From Octopus vulgaris (Eukaryota): a DNA stretch of 64,000 nucleotides. The position numbers were made by a program, and so were the translations under genes. The notes below the pieces were generated by a model. That model was not told the origin of the DNA. It ran no database searches and saw only the letters and a list, made by a program, of their open reading frames with translations. Positions 43,095 through 56,828 of this stretch are shown here, piece by piece (position 1 is the first letter of the stretch; each line of letters begins with the position of its first letter). Where the stretch lies: assembly GCA_951406725.2 (NCBI GenBank), contig OX597828.1:63674001-63738000 (forward strand). Reading direction: 5' to 3'.

Positions 43095-43206
43095 TACAAC
43101 AACAGCAACAATTCCAACCGCAAATTTGACAGCGTCATTCTCCAGCTAAGCGCGTTCGGTATTTTTTTGTTCCTCTCTCCCTTTACTATAAGTATAAAGG
43201 GGAATA

Positions 43207-43320
43207 AGTTTGTATGAACTAAAAAGGAAGGGAAATCTGACGTTTCCGGCAGGGCTCTTCAGCGGTGACGGCTCATGCCGGAAACACCCGACTTACCTTC
43301 TTCCTTACTATACACAAACT
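43207..43320. mobile_element. Old head-to-head inverted pair with HHR-like cores at the junction
   Basis: Minus: CUGAAGA GCCCUGCCG GAAAC GUC AGA. Plus: GUGA CGGC-UCAU-GCCG GAAAC. Both arms continue in alignable sequence ending ACAAACT. Confidence 0.5.
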
Positions 43321-43344
43321 AATTCAACTCTGTGAATGTTTTGC

Positions 43345-43414
<70 letters not shown>

Positions 43415-44664
43415 TTGTAGAAAGGATTATTATTATTGTTGTTGTTGTTGCTGTTGTCATCGTTATTTGCGTAGTAGCTTCGAAGTCAACTGTTCCAGTA
43501 CAAGTACAAAAGCCCTGACTATTGTTAAGTAGAGCTCTGAAATTACATGGTGAGATGTTCTTAATTAAATTAGTACGGCGGCCCACCCACTTCAAGAAAC
43601 CCTATCCACCCGAAATGGAACTAAAGAACGACGCTCGGATCAATCGCTGGACCTGATATACATACATGCATGCATGCATGCATGCATGCATACATACACA
43701 TGTAATGCATATATTTATGTATGTATATATATACATATATAAATATGTATAAGTATACGTATCCATATGCATACACACACACACACACACATGTATACGC
43801 ATATATATACATCATGAGATACAAAAAATAAATGAAAATATAAAGGTAAATTTGCATGTATGCGAAGGCACGTAACGTAGCTGTTAAGGGGTGTTCAGAT
43901 AATGTTTGTATAATATCGTGGATTCAAGCGCAGGACCAAGCACTTCATTTCAGGAGGATTAAGTTACCCAGTTGTAAATAAGTAGAAGCCGAGTGCTAAT
44001 ACAACCTCCTCCTATCACCTTTCACTACATAAATCCAAAATGAGTATAGCTGTGTATATATGTATGCTTTAAATGGCCATCTTGAGAACTTATTACGATT
44101 AAATGTTAGTTATTTTTACTATTAATGTTTACCACTAAAGTTAATACGACGTAACGAAATCGCTTTAAGTTTATCTCTCAACATCATTTGTGTTCTGTGG
44201 TCGAACTCTGTCGGAACTGAATTTGGTATGAGTGTGACGGGGTTTTACAGACATTAAATGAGTGTAGAATAAGTCTTGGGGTCGATTTGTTCGACTAAAG
44301 GCAATGCTCTACCATGGCCGCAGTCAAATGACTGAAACAAATAAAAAAGAATATATATATATCTATACACCCACACACACATATGTATGAACTGGATCAT
44401 AGGGCTTAAAGCCTTTACCCTTAAATTATCAATACCATTAATGAGACGAGCTCAAATATTTATTTTCAGTCGTCTTCGTGTTGTTGATGTCTTCAATGAA
44501 ATCTTGTTTTGTTAATTCCATGTTTCATGTCATCAAATGGACAATATTTTTCACCCACATCCACTTGCGGCTCAGATCGCGGATGTAACAGTAAAAAAAG
44601 TGATAAAATGAATGTAAAACAAAGAACAGTCCAAGACCATCAAGTTTGCGTGTATGTGTGTGTG

Positions 44665-44706
<42 letters not shown>

Positions 44707-44906
44707 TGCGGGTTTGGCATTACAATATTGTAGCCAATCCCACATGTTATCAGCGCATCACCGGATTGTCCGGTTTGCTCATCTTCTCTCACCCTGTGTG
44801 TGTGTGTGTGGACACACATACACACACACGGACACACATGTACAGATGCATCTATCTATATCTATATCTATCTATATATATACATACATACACACACACG
44901 TGCAGA

Positions 44907-44959
<53 letters not shown>

Positions 44960-45086
44960 ATATAGTTCATATTCATACAAAAAAAGAAAAAGAAAATGGA
45001 GGTTGGGAAGTCGATAATTGTTTATTATTAAGAGCAAATTAATCATCTTCATTTACAGCTGTAAATATTAAGTAAACATTCAATTT

Positions 45087-45232
45087 ATATTTATATGCCC
45101 TGGGCATAATATCTTCATACCCTTGGATGTTTTATATGTTTTTCATTATAGCAGTCTGCTATAATGAATCCATAAACATCCTAGGGACTATTTTTTCCCT
45201 CTGAAGATATTATGCTTAGGTCATATAAATAT
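45087..45232. repeat. Imperfect palindrome of about 145 bp (MITE-like)
   Basis: Central TTCATTATAGCAG-T-CTGCTATAATGAA, with outer arms GCATAATATCTTCA / TGAAGATATTATGC and ATATTTATATG / CATATAAATAT. Confidence 0.75.
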
Positions 45233-45529
45233 CAATTTAATATTGAAACAGTTGTAAGTGAAAAATAATCCTTTCTACTGGAGGCACAAGGCCTCAAAAT
45301 CGTGTGGTGGGGATGAGTCGATTATATCGACCTCAGTTTTACACTGGTACTTAATTTATCAAACCCGAAAGGATGAATGGCAAAGTCAACCTCGGCAGAA
45401 TTTGAACTCAGACGGGCGAAATACCGCTAAGCATTTCGTTCAGCACACTAACGGTTATTAGCTTCCCAATCTCCATTTTCTTTTTCAAAAGCACTGGACA
45501 CTGGTCAAGCCTTGGCTACAGAAAATACT

Positions 45530-45628
45530 GTTCTGTATTTGAGAGATAAGGAATTATGTACATTATTTACATTTGACGAATATTTGTCCTCATCTTGTTT
45601 GTCGTTAACACAACGTTTCGGCTGGATT
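45530..45628 (-). mobile_element. 3' fragment of the HHR-tailed element, truncated inside stem II
   Basis: Minus strand CCAGCCGAAACGTTGTGTTAAC...AAACAAGATGAGGACAAAT...AATGTAAATAATGTACATAATTCC. Confidence 0.8.
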
Positions 45629-46491
45629 ACCTTTTATCCCTCGGGATCGATAAAATAAATACTAATTGTATACTGGGGTCGATATAATCGATCTTACGCC
45701 CTCCCCGGAATTGTGCCAAAATTTGAAACCGATATTGTTGGATACCAGGCTAATTGTAATTCCTCTAACGCTTTGCTTCTCAAAACTTAAATACAAAACC
45801 TCTTTTCCTCTTTTCTCAACTCTTTCCCCCGCCACCCCTTTGATGCAGTGCGACACCCCCTTGTTGTGAGTCAACGCTTCCTTCTCTATTTTTATGTACA
45901 TCCACGTAACATACCCTAATTGCTTAGTTCCGGGTTCAAGTTCGGCGCGGGTGACTATTAACCGCTGCACCCGCAAATACGAGTGAAAATGGCATATTTT
46001 CGATTTTGTTTATTTATTTAGTCACATTTCGAAGACGAATGCAATTGGTGATGTTGTTACTGTTATTGTGTTTGTTTTTTTATTGTTGTGAATGTGACTA
46101 ACAAGCAGTCCACCATAATGTTACATTTAGAATAATTTTTGTTTTTAAAGTTAAAATTTGAATATACGACGAAGTTTAGAAACCATTGAACGGATGCATC
46201 TACCGCTCCTGGCACGCCCCACCCTGTTCTGTCTTCGGTACCCCCATAATATTTACCACCACCTCCCTAGTTTACCGTCTACTTTGATAAGAACTGTTCT
46301 AGCGTTTTCTCTTGTTCTCATTGTATGGCGGCACTTGAGTTTGAGCTATCTTCTCGTCAGTTGTCACCAAAAAATGATAATCGGCAACAAATATCTGCGT
46401 GTTTACATCAACATGTTTCAACAGTCACCCATTGTGTAGCACTTAACAAGAGGAGGAGGCGTCTTCGTTCTGTCTTTCAATGACATTATTA

Positions 46492-46695
46492 GACAGTCTC
46501 TATATTTAAGAGATGAGGAATTATGTACATTATTTACATTATTTACATTCGACGGATGTTTGTCCTCATCTTGTTTCTTGTTAACACAACGTTTCGGCTG
46601 ATATACCCTCCAGCCTTCATCGGGTGTCTTGGGGACATTTCGAACATGGGTTCTCATTCCTAAGGTATTTTTCGATGTTGCTGTTGTTGTTGTTG

Positions 46696-46766
<71 letters not shown>

Positions 46767-46887
46767 TATTATTATTATTATTTAGGCCACTGCCTAGAAT
46801 CGAACTCGGAATCTACGGGCATATGGCATAGTGGTTAAGAGTGCGGGCTACTAACCGCAAGATTCCGAGTTCGATTTCAGGCAGTGA

Positions 46888-46918
<31 letters not shown>

Positions 46919-46958
46919 GATGACGATGACGATGACGATGATGATGATAATGATAATA

Positions 46959-46990
<32 letters not shown>

Positions 46991-46995
46991 GATGA
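46492..46995. mobile_element. Second head-to-head pair of the HHR-tailed element; the plus arm retains the full tRNA-like head
   Basis: Minus arm 46492-46814 has B box, (AAT)n and HHR tail. Plus arm from 46817 reads GGGCATATGGCATAGTGGTTAAGAGTGCGGGCTACTAACCGCAAGATTCCGAGTTCGATTTCAGGCAGTGACC, then (AAT)n/(GAT)n. Confidence 0.85.
46583..46628 (-). ncRNA. Minimal type I hammerhead ribozyme motif (U4-to-C in this copy)
   Basis: GACAC CCGAUGA A GGCUGG-agggUAUA-UCAGCC GAAAC GUU GUGUU: stem I GACAC/GUGUU and palindromic ACGU helix III. Confidence 0.75.
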
Positions 46996-47187
46996 CTGAA
47001 AGAAGTAATAGAATAAAATACTAAACGAATATATTCAATCCCTAAACCATTTTCGCTGCTGACAGACAAAATCATTTTCCTGTCAAAGTGGAGGATGTCG
47101 ACCATTCCAGAAATTGATCAATTATGATCGAGAATCTGGTGAATAACCGATCGGTCCTTACTGAATCCCAGTTCCTCTCTCTTTCAG

Positions 47188-47213
47188 TTTTCTGTCCCCT
47201 CAAAATGACCCCT
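47188..47213 (+). CDS. Candidate 26-nt micro-exon containing a start codon (M-T-P), ends in phase 0
   Basis: TTCCTCTCTCTTTCAG| acceptor, CAAAATG start context at 47205, CCT|GTGAGT donor at 47214. Confidence 0.35.
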
Positions 47214-47585
47214 GTGAGTTGCTTGCTGAGTTCCACGCCACTTTTTGTACTTTTATGATCTCCTCTTCTGGATAGTTCCATCCCTACTCTTTCTCCCCAA
47301 GCTGTGGGTATTTTGCCGTCGCTCCAGAAGGTTTATCAAGCGGGTGGTGGAGGTAGTGTGTGTGTGTGGTTTGGGGGGGTGGGGGAGAGGTCGATATTCG
47401 CTTTTAGACTTTCGACTGGGATTCCGTTTGGGAATGCTTGAACTTTCGCTTTTCATCAACTTTTGAGTTTTATGACTTTTACCTTTGTGGGTGACTTGCA
47501 GCTTACATTTGGCTCGGAGTCGCTGGTGGAAGCGCTGGTCCGCATGAAGGTTTGTTTTGTGTGTGTGTGTGTGTGTGTGTGTGTA

Positions 47586-47647
<62 letters not shown>

Positions 47648-48146
47648 TGTGTGTTGTGCGTGTGCGCGCGCGCCTCATTGAACGGCCTACGGAATAGTTT
47701 CTGGGCTCAGATTTATTTTATTACGAACTGTCGTAATTCGTCTTTTTCATACTTGGGTCCACTTTGTCATTTTCCATTTAAACTTCTTGACATACTGTAC
47801 AGAATCTCCAGTGCCGTTTCTCCGACCTCGTCTACGAGTTTCTTCATATATCAGCTCATCTATGTTTCTCTATGCTTCCATTTCACTTTATATTGGTGGT
47901 ATAACAATTCTCCTCTATTTCTATGTATGCAATATATATAATCTAGGTATAAAATATTATACAATAAATAATGTGTAATATATGATATACACACTCGCAC
48001 ACACATGCTTAATTACATACTATGTGTGTGTATACATATTTATATATATACATATAATATACACTTATACACACACATGCATACTTATATAGATATATAT
48101 ATATTTATATATATATATAGACAAATATATACATACCTATATACAT

Positions 48147-48219
<73 letters not shown>

Positions 48220-48833
48220 TGTGTAATGATAGACTGTGTGTGTGTGTGAGTGTGTTATGGCATAAATAACCGTGAATACACATATATATATACGGTGTAT
48301 ATGCGGAATGTCTGCAATTGAAGTGTGTATATGACGTGATTGAGGCGTAAAAAGAGGTCATCATAACGTTGCTCTTAGAACAATTAGGCTGTGATGTTGT
48401 CACGTGGTGATGAGGCTTACTTGATAGTAATAATAACACCATCCCATCACGAACTGGCTGGGGGTAGTGGTGGTGGTGGTGGAGAGATGCTGATGTGCGC
48501 AACCACCACCACCACCACCACCGCCACCGCCGCCGCCGCCAGTAGTAGTTGTAGTAGTTGTAGTAGTGTTATTACCACTAGTGAACTACATAATCGTTGG
48601 ATAGTCCAAACTAAGCACTCATATCAATAACAACAGTTGACATTAGCTCCAAATGTCAAATACGACGACAGACAGACAGACAGACAGACTGACTGGGGAA
48701 AGGGTCTGATGTACGTACGTACGTACGTATGTATGTATGTATGTATTTATGTATAGGTGTGTATAGGTGTGTATCTATGTGTGCATGCATGCAACTGCAT
48801 ATATGTATTTATATGTATATATATGCGCGCGGG

Positions 48834-48864
<31 letters not shown>

Positions 48865-49066
48865 GTGTGCATATGAATATATATATATGTATGTATATAT
48901 GTATGTATACCTGTGTGTATACTTAACATACGTATACATGCACACACCCTCACACTCACGCACATAATGAAACATACTCACAGACATGAACTTTCTAAAG
49001 CAAGATCCATACAATCTGTGCACACACATCGAGACAAAGAGAAGCATAAAAATATGTATAGCGTCT

Positions 49067-49125
<59 letters not shown>

Positions 49126-49329
49126 CGTTATGTTATATCGGGCATTATATATTTACATACTAAAAATCATCCTAGGCTAGTATGGAACCTCGCATCTGTT
49201 GATTTACATACAATAACGTGTACTTGCCTTTACACGAACAATCTTTTGGAGTGGGCAGGGAGTTGTCTAAATGCTTTACAACATGTCTGTCTAACGTCGT
49301 TTTCCTCTTTCTGTTTCTTTGTATGTGGG

Positions 49330-49398
<69 letters not shown>

Positions 49399-49489
49399 CA
49401 TATATATATACATATATATATGTATATATATGCATGTATGTACATGTATATGCATATATATGTATATGTCATATACCTGTATATGTGTA

Positions 49490-49534
<45 letters not shown>

Positions 49535-49700
49535 ATGTATATGTATATATGTATATGTATATGTATATATGTACATGTATATATATATATATGTATTTAT
49601 ATGTATATGTATGTATATATACATATACGTATGTTTATATACACATATATATACATTTGTATATATATATTTATACATTTGTCTGTATATACATACATGC

Positions 49701-49735
<35 letters not shown>

Positions 49736-49746
49736 TACATTTGTAT

Positions 49747-49783
<37 letters not shown>

Positions 49784-50769
49784 CACACACTCGTATAATT
49801 TTCAGACGAACTACTGGTGTCGTATTTGGCTTTATTTATGGTTTTCTACATTTAAACAATGCCCCATTGCACGTGCGAACAACCCCCGTTTCTCTCTCAT
49901 CCCCCAACTCACACACGCCCCCCACCCCCATACGCTCATTCACTCAGAAACGCACCCTCGTGTACATGCAAACACCCTGGCTATTCATTGACCGAATTCA
50001 AAGAAAAATCGTTTATGTCATCCTGCTTTACCTTATGGCTGTTAAGTTGAGTCTATTAAGAATAAATCTGTTGAGGAAATAAATCTGAACGAATGTCCGT
50101 TTTAGCGAGGAAAACAAAGTTCTTATATATTCTCGCTGCTTTTCTATGTGTTTCTGAGTTAAATATCTGGAAAGAGATGTTGCACTGATGGCCATCTTCA
50201 GGGGAATAATTTTTACGTTTGTTGTTCTTTGAATGGAAACGGTTCACTGAGCTTGTCAATAAAATAAAGGGGCAAACACTGAAGGGAAAAATACCGCTTA
50301 AGAAAACCTCGGGTAAAAAAAAAGAATGTAGGTTTTTAATTTAGGGAGAATTTCAATAATTTTTGCTGCAGAGTATATTGGTTGATCACATCGTCCATGG
50401 TGCTTAGCTAGGACTTTATTTTATCGATCTCGAACCTATGATGGGCATGAGCCATACGATACTTTTCTTGTGCCCCAAATGCCTAACGTGCTAACGATTT
50501 TGTCAGCTTATTGCCTTGTTATAAAGTGTAGTAGTAGTAGTAGTAGTAATTATAATAACGATGATGATCTTTCTAATTTTGAGGGGCGGGGTAAGTCAAT
50601 TACATCGACTGGTTCGTTATTTTATTGACCGCCACCCTCCTCGAAGATAAAGGACAAGGTCAACCTTGGTTAAAATCGAACTCCGGACGTAAAGAGCCAG
50701 TAGAAATGCTGCCAAGTGTTTTGTCCGACACTCTAACGACTCTGCCATCTTGTTGTAAGATATAATAAT

Positions 50770-51315
50770 AATCCTTTCTACTATAGGTTCAAGGCCTGAG
50801 ATTTGGGGGAGGGGGATAGTCGTTTACATCGACCCCAGTACACAACTGGTACTTATTTTATCGATTCCCAAAAGGATGAAAGGCACAGTGGACCTCGGCG
50901 GAATTTGAATTAAGAACGTGAAAACGGACGAAATGCCACAAGGGGCTAAACACATAGGGGACAAACAAGGACAGACAAACGGATTAAGTCAATTACATCG
51001 ACCCCAGTGCGTAACTGGTATTTAATTTATCGACTCCGAAAGGATGAAAGGCAAAGTCGACTTCGGCGGAATTTGAACTCAAAACGTAACGGCAGGCAAA
51101 ATACCTATTTCTTTACTACCTGCAAGGGGCTACGCACAGAGGGGACAAACAAGGACAGACAAACGGATTAAGTCGATTACATCGACCCCAGTGCATAACG
51201 GGTACTTAATTTATCGACCCCGAAAGGATGAAAGGCAAAGTCGACCTCGGCGGAATTTGAACTCAGTACGTAACGGCAGACGAAATACCGCCAAGCGTTT
51301 CGCCCGGCATGCTAA
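50770..51315 (-). mobile_element. Tandem trimer of SINE family A units
   Basis: Central block occurs three times; GGATTAAGTC at 50981 and 51165 gives a 184-bp period. Confidence 0.9.
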
Positions 51316-52492
51316 GTTTTCTGTATACCACAGACCTGAGAATCGTAACATCTTTTCACTACATTCAATTTCAATGGTATTTAGATTAAATATCTAACGT
51401 TTCTTTTGGAGGTAATCGTCAACTGTTCATATTGTAACCACAAAAACATTTTGTTTTACGCATCGGAATTAATCAGCAATAACAGCAACAACAACAAGAA
51501 ATACACTATTTTGACAAATTCAACGACCTACGAGGAAAATCCGACATAGTTTTTTTTATTAATTTTCTTAGGTTGTTCCTATAGTCTTTTTTTTAAATAT
51601 TTAGTTGATGTCAGCTGTACAAAAAGAATAAAATTAAATAGAAACATGCTTGTAATAAGAAGCGTATAAAATAGTTTTCTTGCGACCTGTTCTTCACTCA
51701 GATGTTTTTAAAGATAACAAACATTGGGATTCTCTATATTTAGAGAAAAAAAAAATGAAAGAAAAATCATAGGAAATAATAACAAAAATAAAAGGAAACA
51801 TTTTTTCTTCTCTCTTTTCGCAACAAGTACCCGACCATATTTGCGTAGAATGTAAAAGAAAGAAAGAAAACCATGGGAAAAAAATAGAAACAAAAAAACT
51901 ACGAAAGAGGGACCCACTTCCACAGTTTTTATTAGTTTCTGAGGGTAATTTTATTATTATTATTTTTTTTATAGTTTATTTGTTTATATATTTATTTCTT
52001 CTCCCTTTGGTCTTTCATTCCGTAACTGTTCCATTCTTTTATAGTTTCCATTCCTTATTATTGGTTGTTGCCAAAACTAACATTTCACCCGACTAAGCAG
52101 ATTTACTGGAAGACGTGTCTTTTATTCTGATCGTTATTTACTTCCGTATATATGTGTGTGTGTGTGTGTGTGTGTATGTGCATGTGTGTGGTTGTGTGTG
52201 GAAGCATGTGTACATTTCTATAATCTATATTAATTATACACATATAGCCACACACACATCCATACACACACGCGTGTGTGCGTGCGTGTGTTTTACAAGT
52301 GTGTTTAGTGCCTGTAGTCACTTCCGTGCGATGGTTTCACGCTGGTATCCAGGAATTTTGACACCGCAATCGTCAGCGGACTATTCACAGCGGTAAATGA
52401 ACACCCCGCTGCTTTACAGGAAAAAGCAGCGTCCCACGATGTTTTCCCCACTTCCTTTATCCCTCTCGATCTATTTACAGACATGTACGCCC

Positions 52493-52540
<48 letters not shown>

Positions 52541-53130
52541 GTACACACACACACACACACACACACATACACACACACACACACATACACACACATACAC
52601 ACACACATACACATACACACACACACACATTGCAGAACGCAGCAAAATTGTGTACATACACTTACACCCCTGTGTGGAGGTCTGAAAGACGGCTAATTGT
52701 GACAATAAAGATATTCCTGTAAAAGAAAATCCTGTAAGGAATGCAGAAAAACAGGCAGATACATTTGAAAGAAGACTTCGAAAATATTTCCATCGTGAAA
52801 TTTGCCATCCAACATACTTCTAATATGAGTTCAAAATACCAGACTCCCTTGTTTTTAAACGTAGGCGAAGGAATAAGCAACGATCCATTTAGCACTTCGT
52901 ATCCACTGCAACATCGGTGTATATACTCGTTATCGCATCATCCGACGATTGTCTGGATTAATCCAGATATAAGACTCTTAAGTAACGATTTTCTCAGTTG
53001 TGACGATTATATCAATATGTAGACGAAATTATGCATTTAATTAACGTAATTTTTAGAGAATACACGTTGTATGTACGTGCGCCTCTGTGTGTGTGTGAGG
53101 GCGCGTGTGCATGTGCCTGTGTATATATGT

Positions 53131-53203
<73 letters not shown>

Positions 53204-54444
53204 GAGAAAGAGAGAGAGATAGATAGGTAGATATAGATATACGTACACATACATTCGTGTATAATATATACATACATATACATACATACATACATATATA
53301 TATATAGACATAACACACACACACACACAAGCACTGGGACTGATTTAATCGACAAACCCCCACCCTTAAAATTGCTGACCTTTCGCCGAAGTTAGAAAAC
53401 AAAATAGTTGGCACGTCGAACAAAATGCATATCGCCATTTCACGGTCTGTGTTCCCGTTCTGAGTTCAAATACCGCCGAAATCGACTTTGCCTTTCATCC
53501 TTTTGGGGTCGATAAAATAAGTATCAGTCAAGCACGGGGATCAGTTCAATCGACTTGCTCCCTCGCATGAAATTGCCTGTCTTGGGCTCGAAATTGAAAC
53601 CTTTGTAGTTATTATCATTAAATTTAAGAAGATAATCTTAGTACAATAGTTGAAAGAATAGTCTGTGATATTTCACTAAATTTCATTACATTTTAAGTTT
53701 AAATCTCAAAAATATGATAAAATAAAAATATACATAAAAATGTGCAGCGTATACAAACACAGGCTTTAATGTACTATACAATATTTTTAGTATTTTGGAT
53801 TTTCTCGAACGCACATATGTCCATCCTCATTGGTAATCCGTCCATCTTTACTTACACAAGAGACAGCCATAATGTATTTTTTAAATCAAAATCGGTCGAC
53901 GACTTTTCAGTTTTCCGGTTCGTTTAATAGTTTTAATCGTTTGGTATCGCCATTGTCGATTATTACTAACACACTTTCTCCTTTTTTTGTTTCTTTTTCG
54001 CTTAAAACAAATGTCCCAAGATAATCATACCAACGAAATTATGTCGCCTTCGCTTTTCACGCTCACTCCTGTAAAATATTATATTCTCTTGCTATCACCA
54101 TGTTGATTGTTAAGACACTCTTTGAAAGTCTCCCTCTCCACCACCATCACCTTCGTCGCCATGTTGATCATATTAATGGAGTCGTATCTAGAGACTTTGT
54201 GACAACAAATATTAGAAAACCACTTAAAGACTTTATGAAAAATTCTTGCCTCCTAAATGTCAGAATTGCGTAATTCTAGTCTGGGTCTTCATTCCAGAAT
54301 CACTCTCTGCCTGTCTGCCTGTCTGTCTCTCTTTCTCTCCTCCCCCCCTTCTCACTCAGTCCCTTCCACATCTGTTCTTCTGACTCCCAGAACAATTTCA
54401 AGTCACGTGTTTCACCAAATTTTCTGTTTTTATCCCTTAATTTT

Positions 54445-54790
54445 TTAATTTGTTTCAGTCATGAGACCACGGCCATGCTGGGGCACCTCCTTGAAGAATT
54501 TTAGTCGTTTGTTTTATTCTCGATCTCTTTGGCCGACCCGCTAAGTTATGGGGGATATAAACACACCAACACGGGTTGTCAAGTGGTGGCGTGGCAAAAA
54601 CATACATACACATAAATATATATTTACGACGGGCTTCTTATAGTTTCCGTTTACCAAATCCACGTACAAGGCTTTGGTCGGCCCTAGGATGCAGTAGAGG
54701 ACACCACTAGCTCAAGTGCCACTCAGTGGGACTGAACCTAAAACCATGTGGATGGGAAGCAAGCTTCTTACCACACAGCCACGCCTATGC
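54445..54790 (-). mobile_element. SINE family B, diverged
   Basis: Minus strand GGCATAGGCGTGGCTGTGTGGTAAGAAGCTTGCTT head and CATGGCCGTGG...ATGACTGAAACAAAT tail. Confidence 0.8.
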
Positions 54791-55192
54791 CTTCGCAAAT
54801 CTAAAAATATTTAGATAAAGTCTTGCATGAATGAGAGGAATCTAGTTACCATCTGCTTCCTATGTTTTTTACTTGTTGGGTTCAAACCCAGGCAGCGGTC
54901 ATCTTTCACATTTCTGACGGTGGAGGTCGATCAAATGAATACCAGTCATAAGCTCGGGCTACTTTTCGTCCATTATTTCTCGCATTCAAGCCATCTTCAT
55001 CGTCATCGCCGTCATTACTATCATATCTTCCCCCTCCTCCCCTTCATCCCCTCCTTCCAATCCCCTCCTCATCATTCTTACCGTTGCCACTACCATCGCC
55101 GCCGCCGCCGCCTCCAACTTCAGCAAAATTACAATGCAGTGAGTATTAGAACAGTCGAATTGCTGACGAACGGAGATCCTAGAGATGGAAAG

Positions 55193-55294
<102 letters not shown>

Positions 55295-55542
55295 GTGGAC
55301 GGACGGACGGACGGATGGATGGACGGACGGATGGATGGATGGATGGATGGATAGATAGATAGATAGATACACAGAAAGAGAGAGGCATGGTGAGAGGGAG
55401 ATGATGAAAGGGTATATGAGTTAGAAAGAACGTGAGGGAGAGAGAGACAGCAGAAGAAAGAGACAAAAAGCGTAAAGGAGGAAGATTTTAAAGAAATAGA
55501 AGGCACAGACAGACAGATAAACAGACAAAGGGAATGAGAAAG

Positions 55543-55576
<34 letters not shown>

Positions 55577-55582
55577 GAAGAC

Positions 55583-55647
<65 letters not shown>

Positions 55648-55827
55648 GTGGTGGATAGATAGATATGTAGGATTACAGAGAAAAAAAGCGGATAGAGGGA
55701 TGGTTAACCAGCTCGATAGCTAGATAGATAGACAGAGAGATAAAGAGAGAGATTCCCACGCCATTATAGTGTCATATCTGGGTTAACCTGCGCCATTTCC
55801 CTGCATCCGAAATCATGAAACCGGTTT

Positions 55828-55868
<41 letters not shown>

Positions 55869-56250
55869 CCGCGCCGGCTTTGTGCGTGTTTTATTATTTA
55901 AAAAAAAAAGAACCCCCCAAAAAACTCTACTATGAGAATGTGTGTACACTTGGGTCTTTCACATGTGGATTATGTTGATAATAATAATAGCGGGACCACA
56001 TAACCATTAATAACGATAATAATAAGAAGCTAGTAGATGCCGCAGTTGTGGTTGATGTTGTTGATGTTGCTGCAGATGGTGATGATGATGATGAAGATGA
56101 TGATGATGAGAGAGAGAGAGAAGTAAAAGATTGTTCAGTCACAAGGGCGAAAACAATGAGGACACATTCACAACACCATCACACACATATATGTGCACAT
56201 AGATACAAATGCATATATATGACTATATACGTACATACATACATACGTTA

Positions 56251-56295
<45 letters not shown>

Positions 56296-56347
56296 ATGTA
56301 TGTATGTATGTTGTATATTATATGTAATATAAGTTTATGTATGTATT

Positions 56348-56447
56348 NNNNNNNNNNNNNNNNNNNNNNNNNNNNNNNNNNNNNNNNNNNNNNNNNNNNN
56401 NNNNNNNNNNNNNNNNNNNNNNNNNNNNNNNNNNNNNNNNNNNNNNN
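56348..56447. other. Assembly gap (100 N)
   Basis: Run of exactly 100 N. Confidence 1.
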
Positions 56448-56565
56448 AACAATCATTGCCAACAGCAGCAGCGATAGCCTGGTCATCACTGCCGCTGCCA
56501 CCGGCTCCGCCGCCGCTGCCGCCACCACCACTACCACCACCACCACCACCACCACCACCACCACC

Positions 56566-56597
<32 letters not shown>

Positions 56598-56780
56598 TTG
56601 TTTAAAACCGTTAATAGCCGGAAGTGTTTCTTTTCTAAACAGACGTCAGTAAATATTTTAATCTTTACTGTGTCTCCCCTCTTCTCCCCCCTTAACCCTC
56701 TCTCCCCCGACCGTTCCTTAGTTACCAGGTCTTAACCTTATTACAGTTTGGACAGGATTTTAGAGGTAAACAGATTGTCA

Positions 56781-56828
<48 letters not shown>

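Noticed and set aside
46817-46889. tRNA-like sequence as a functional tRNA gene
   Set aside because: The acceptor and T stems pair poorly and the sequence runs into (AAT)n as part of a repeat; it is a SINE head.
50770-51315. Regularly spaced repeats resembling a CRISPR array
   Set aside because: Whole 184-bp units repeat with no unique spacers; this is a eukaryotic SINE multimer and no cas genes are present.
53050-53070. GAGAATACACGT, resembling the 3' part of miR-137
   Set aside because: The seed region does not match and I saw no precursor hairpin. No conserved miRNA that I could recall was found in the window.
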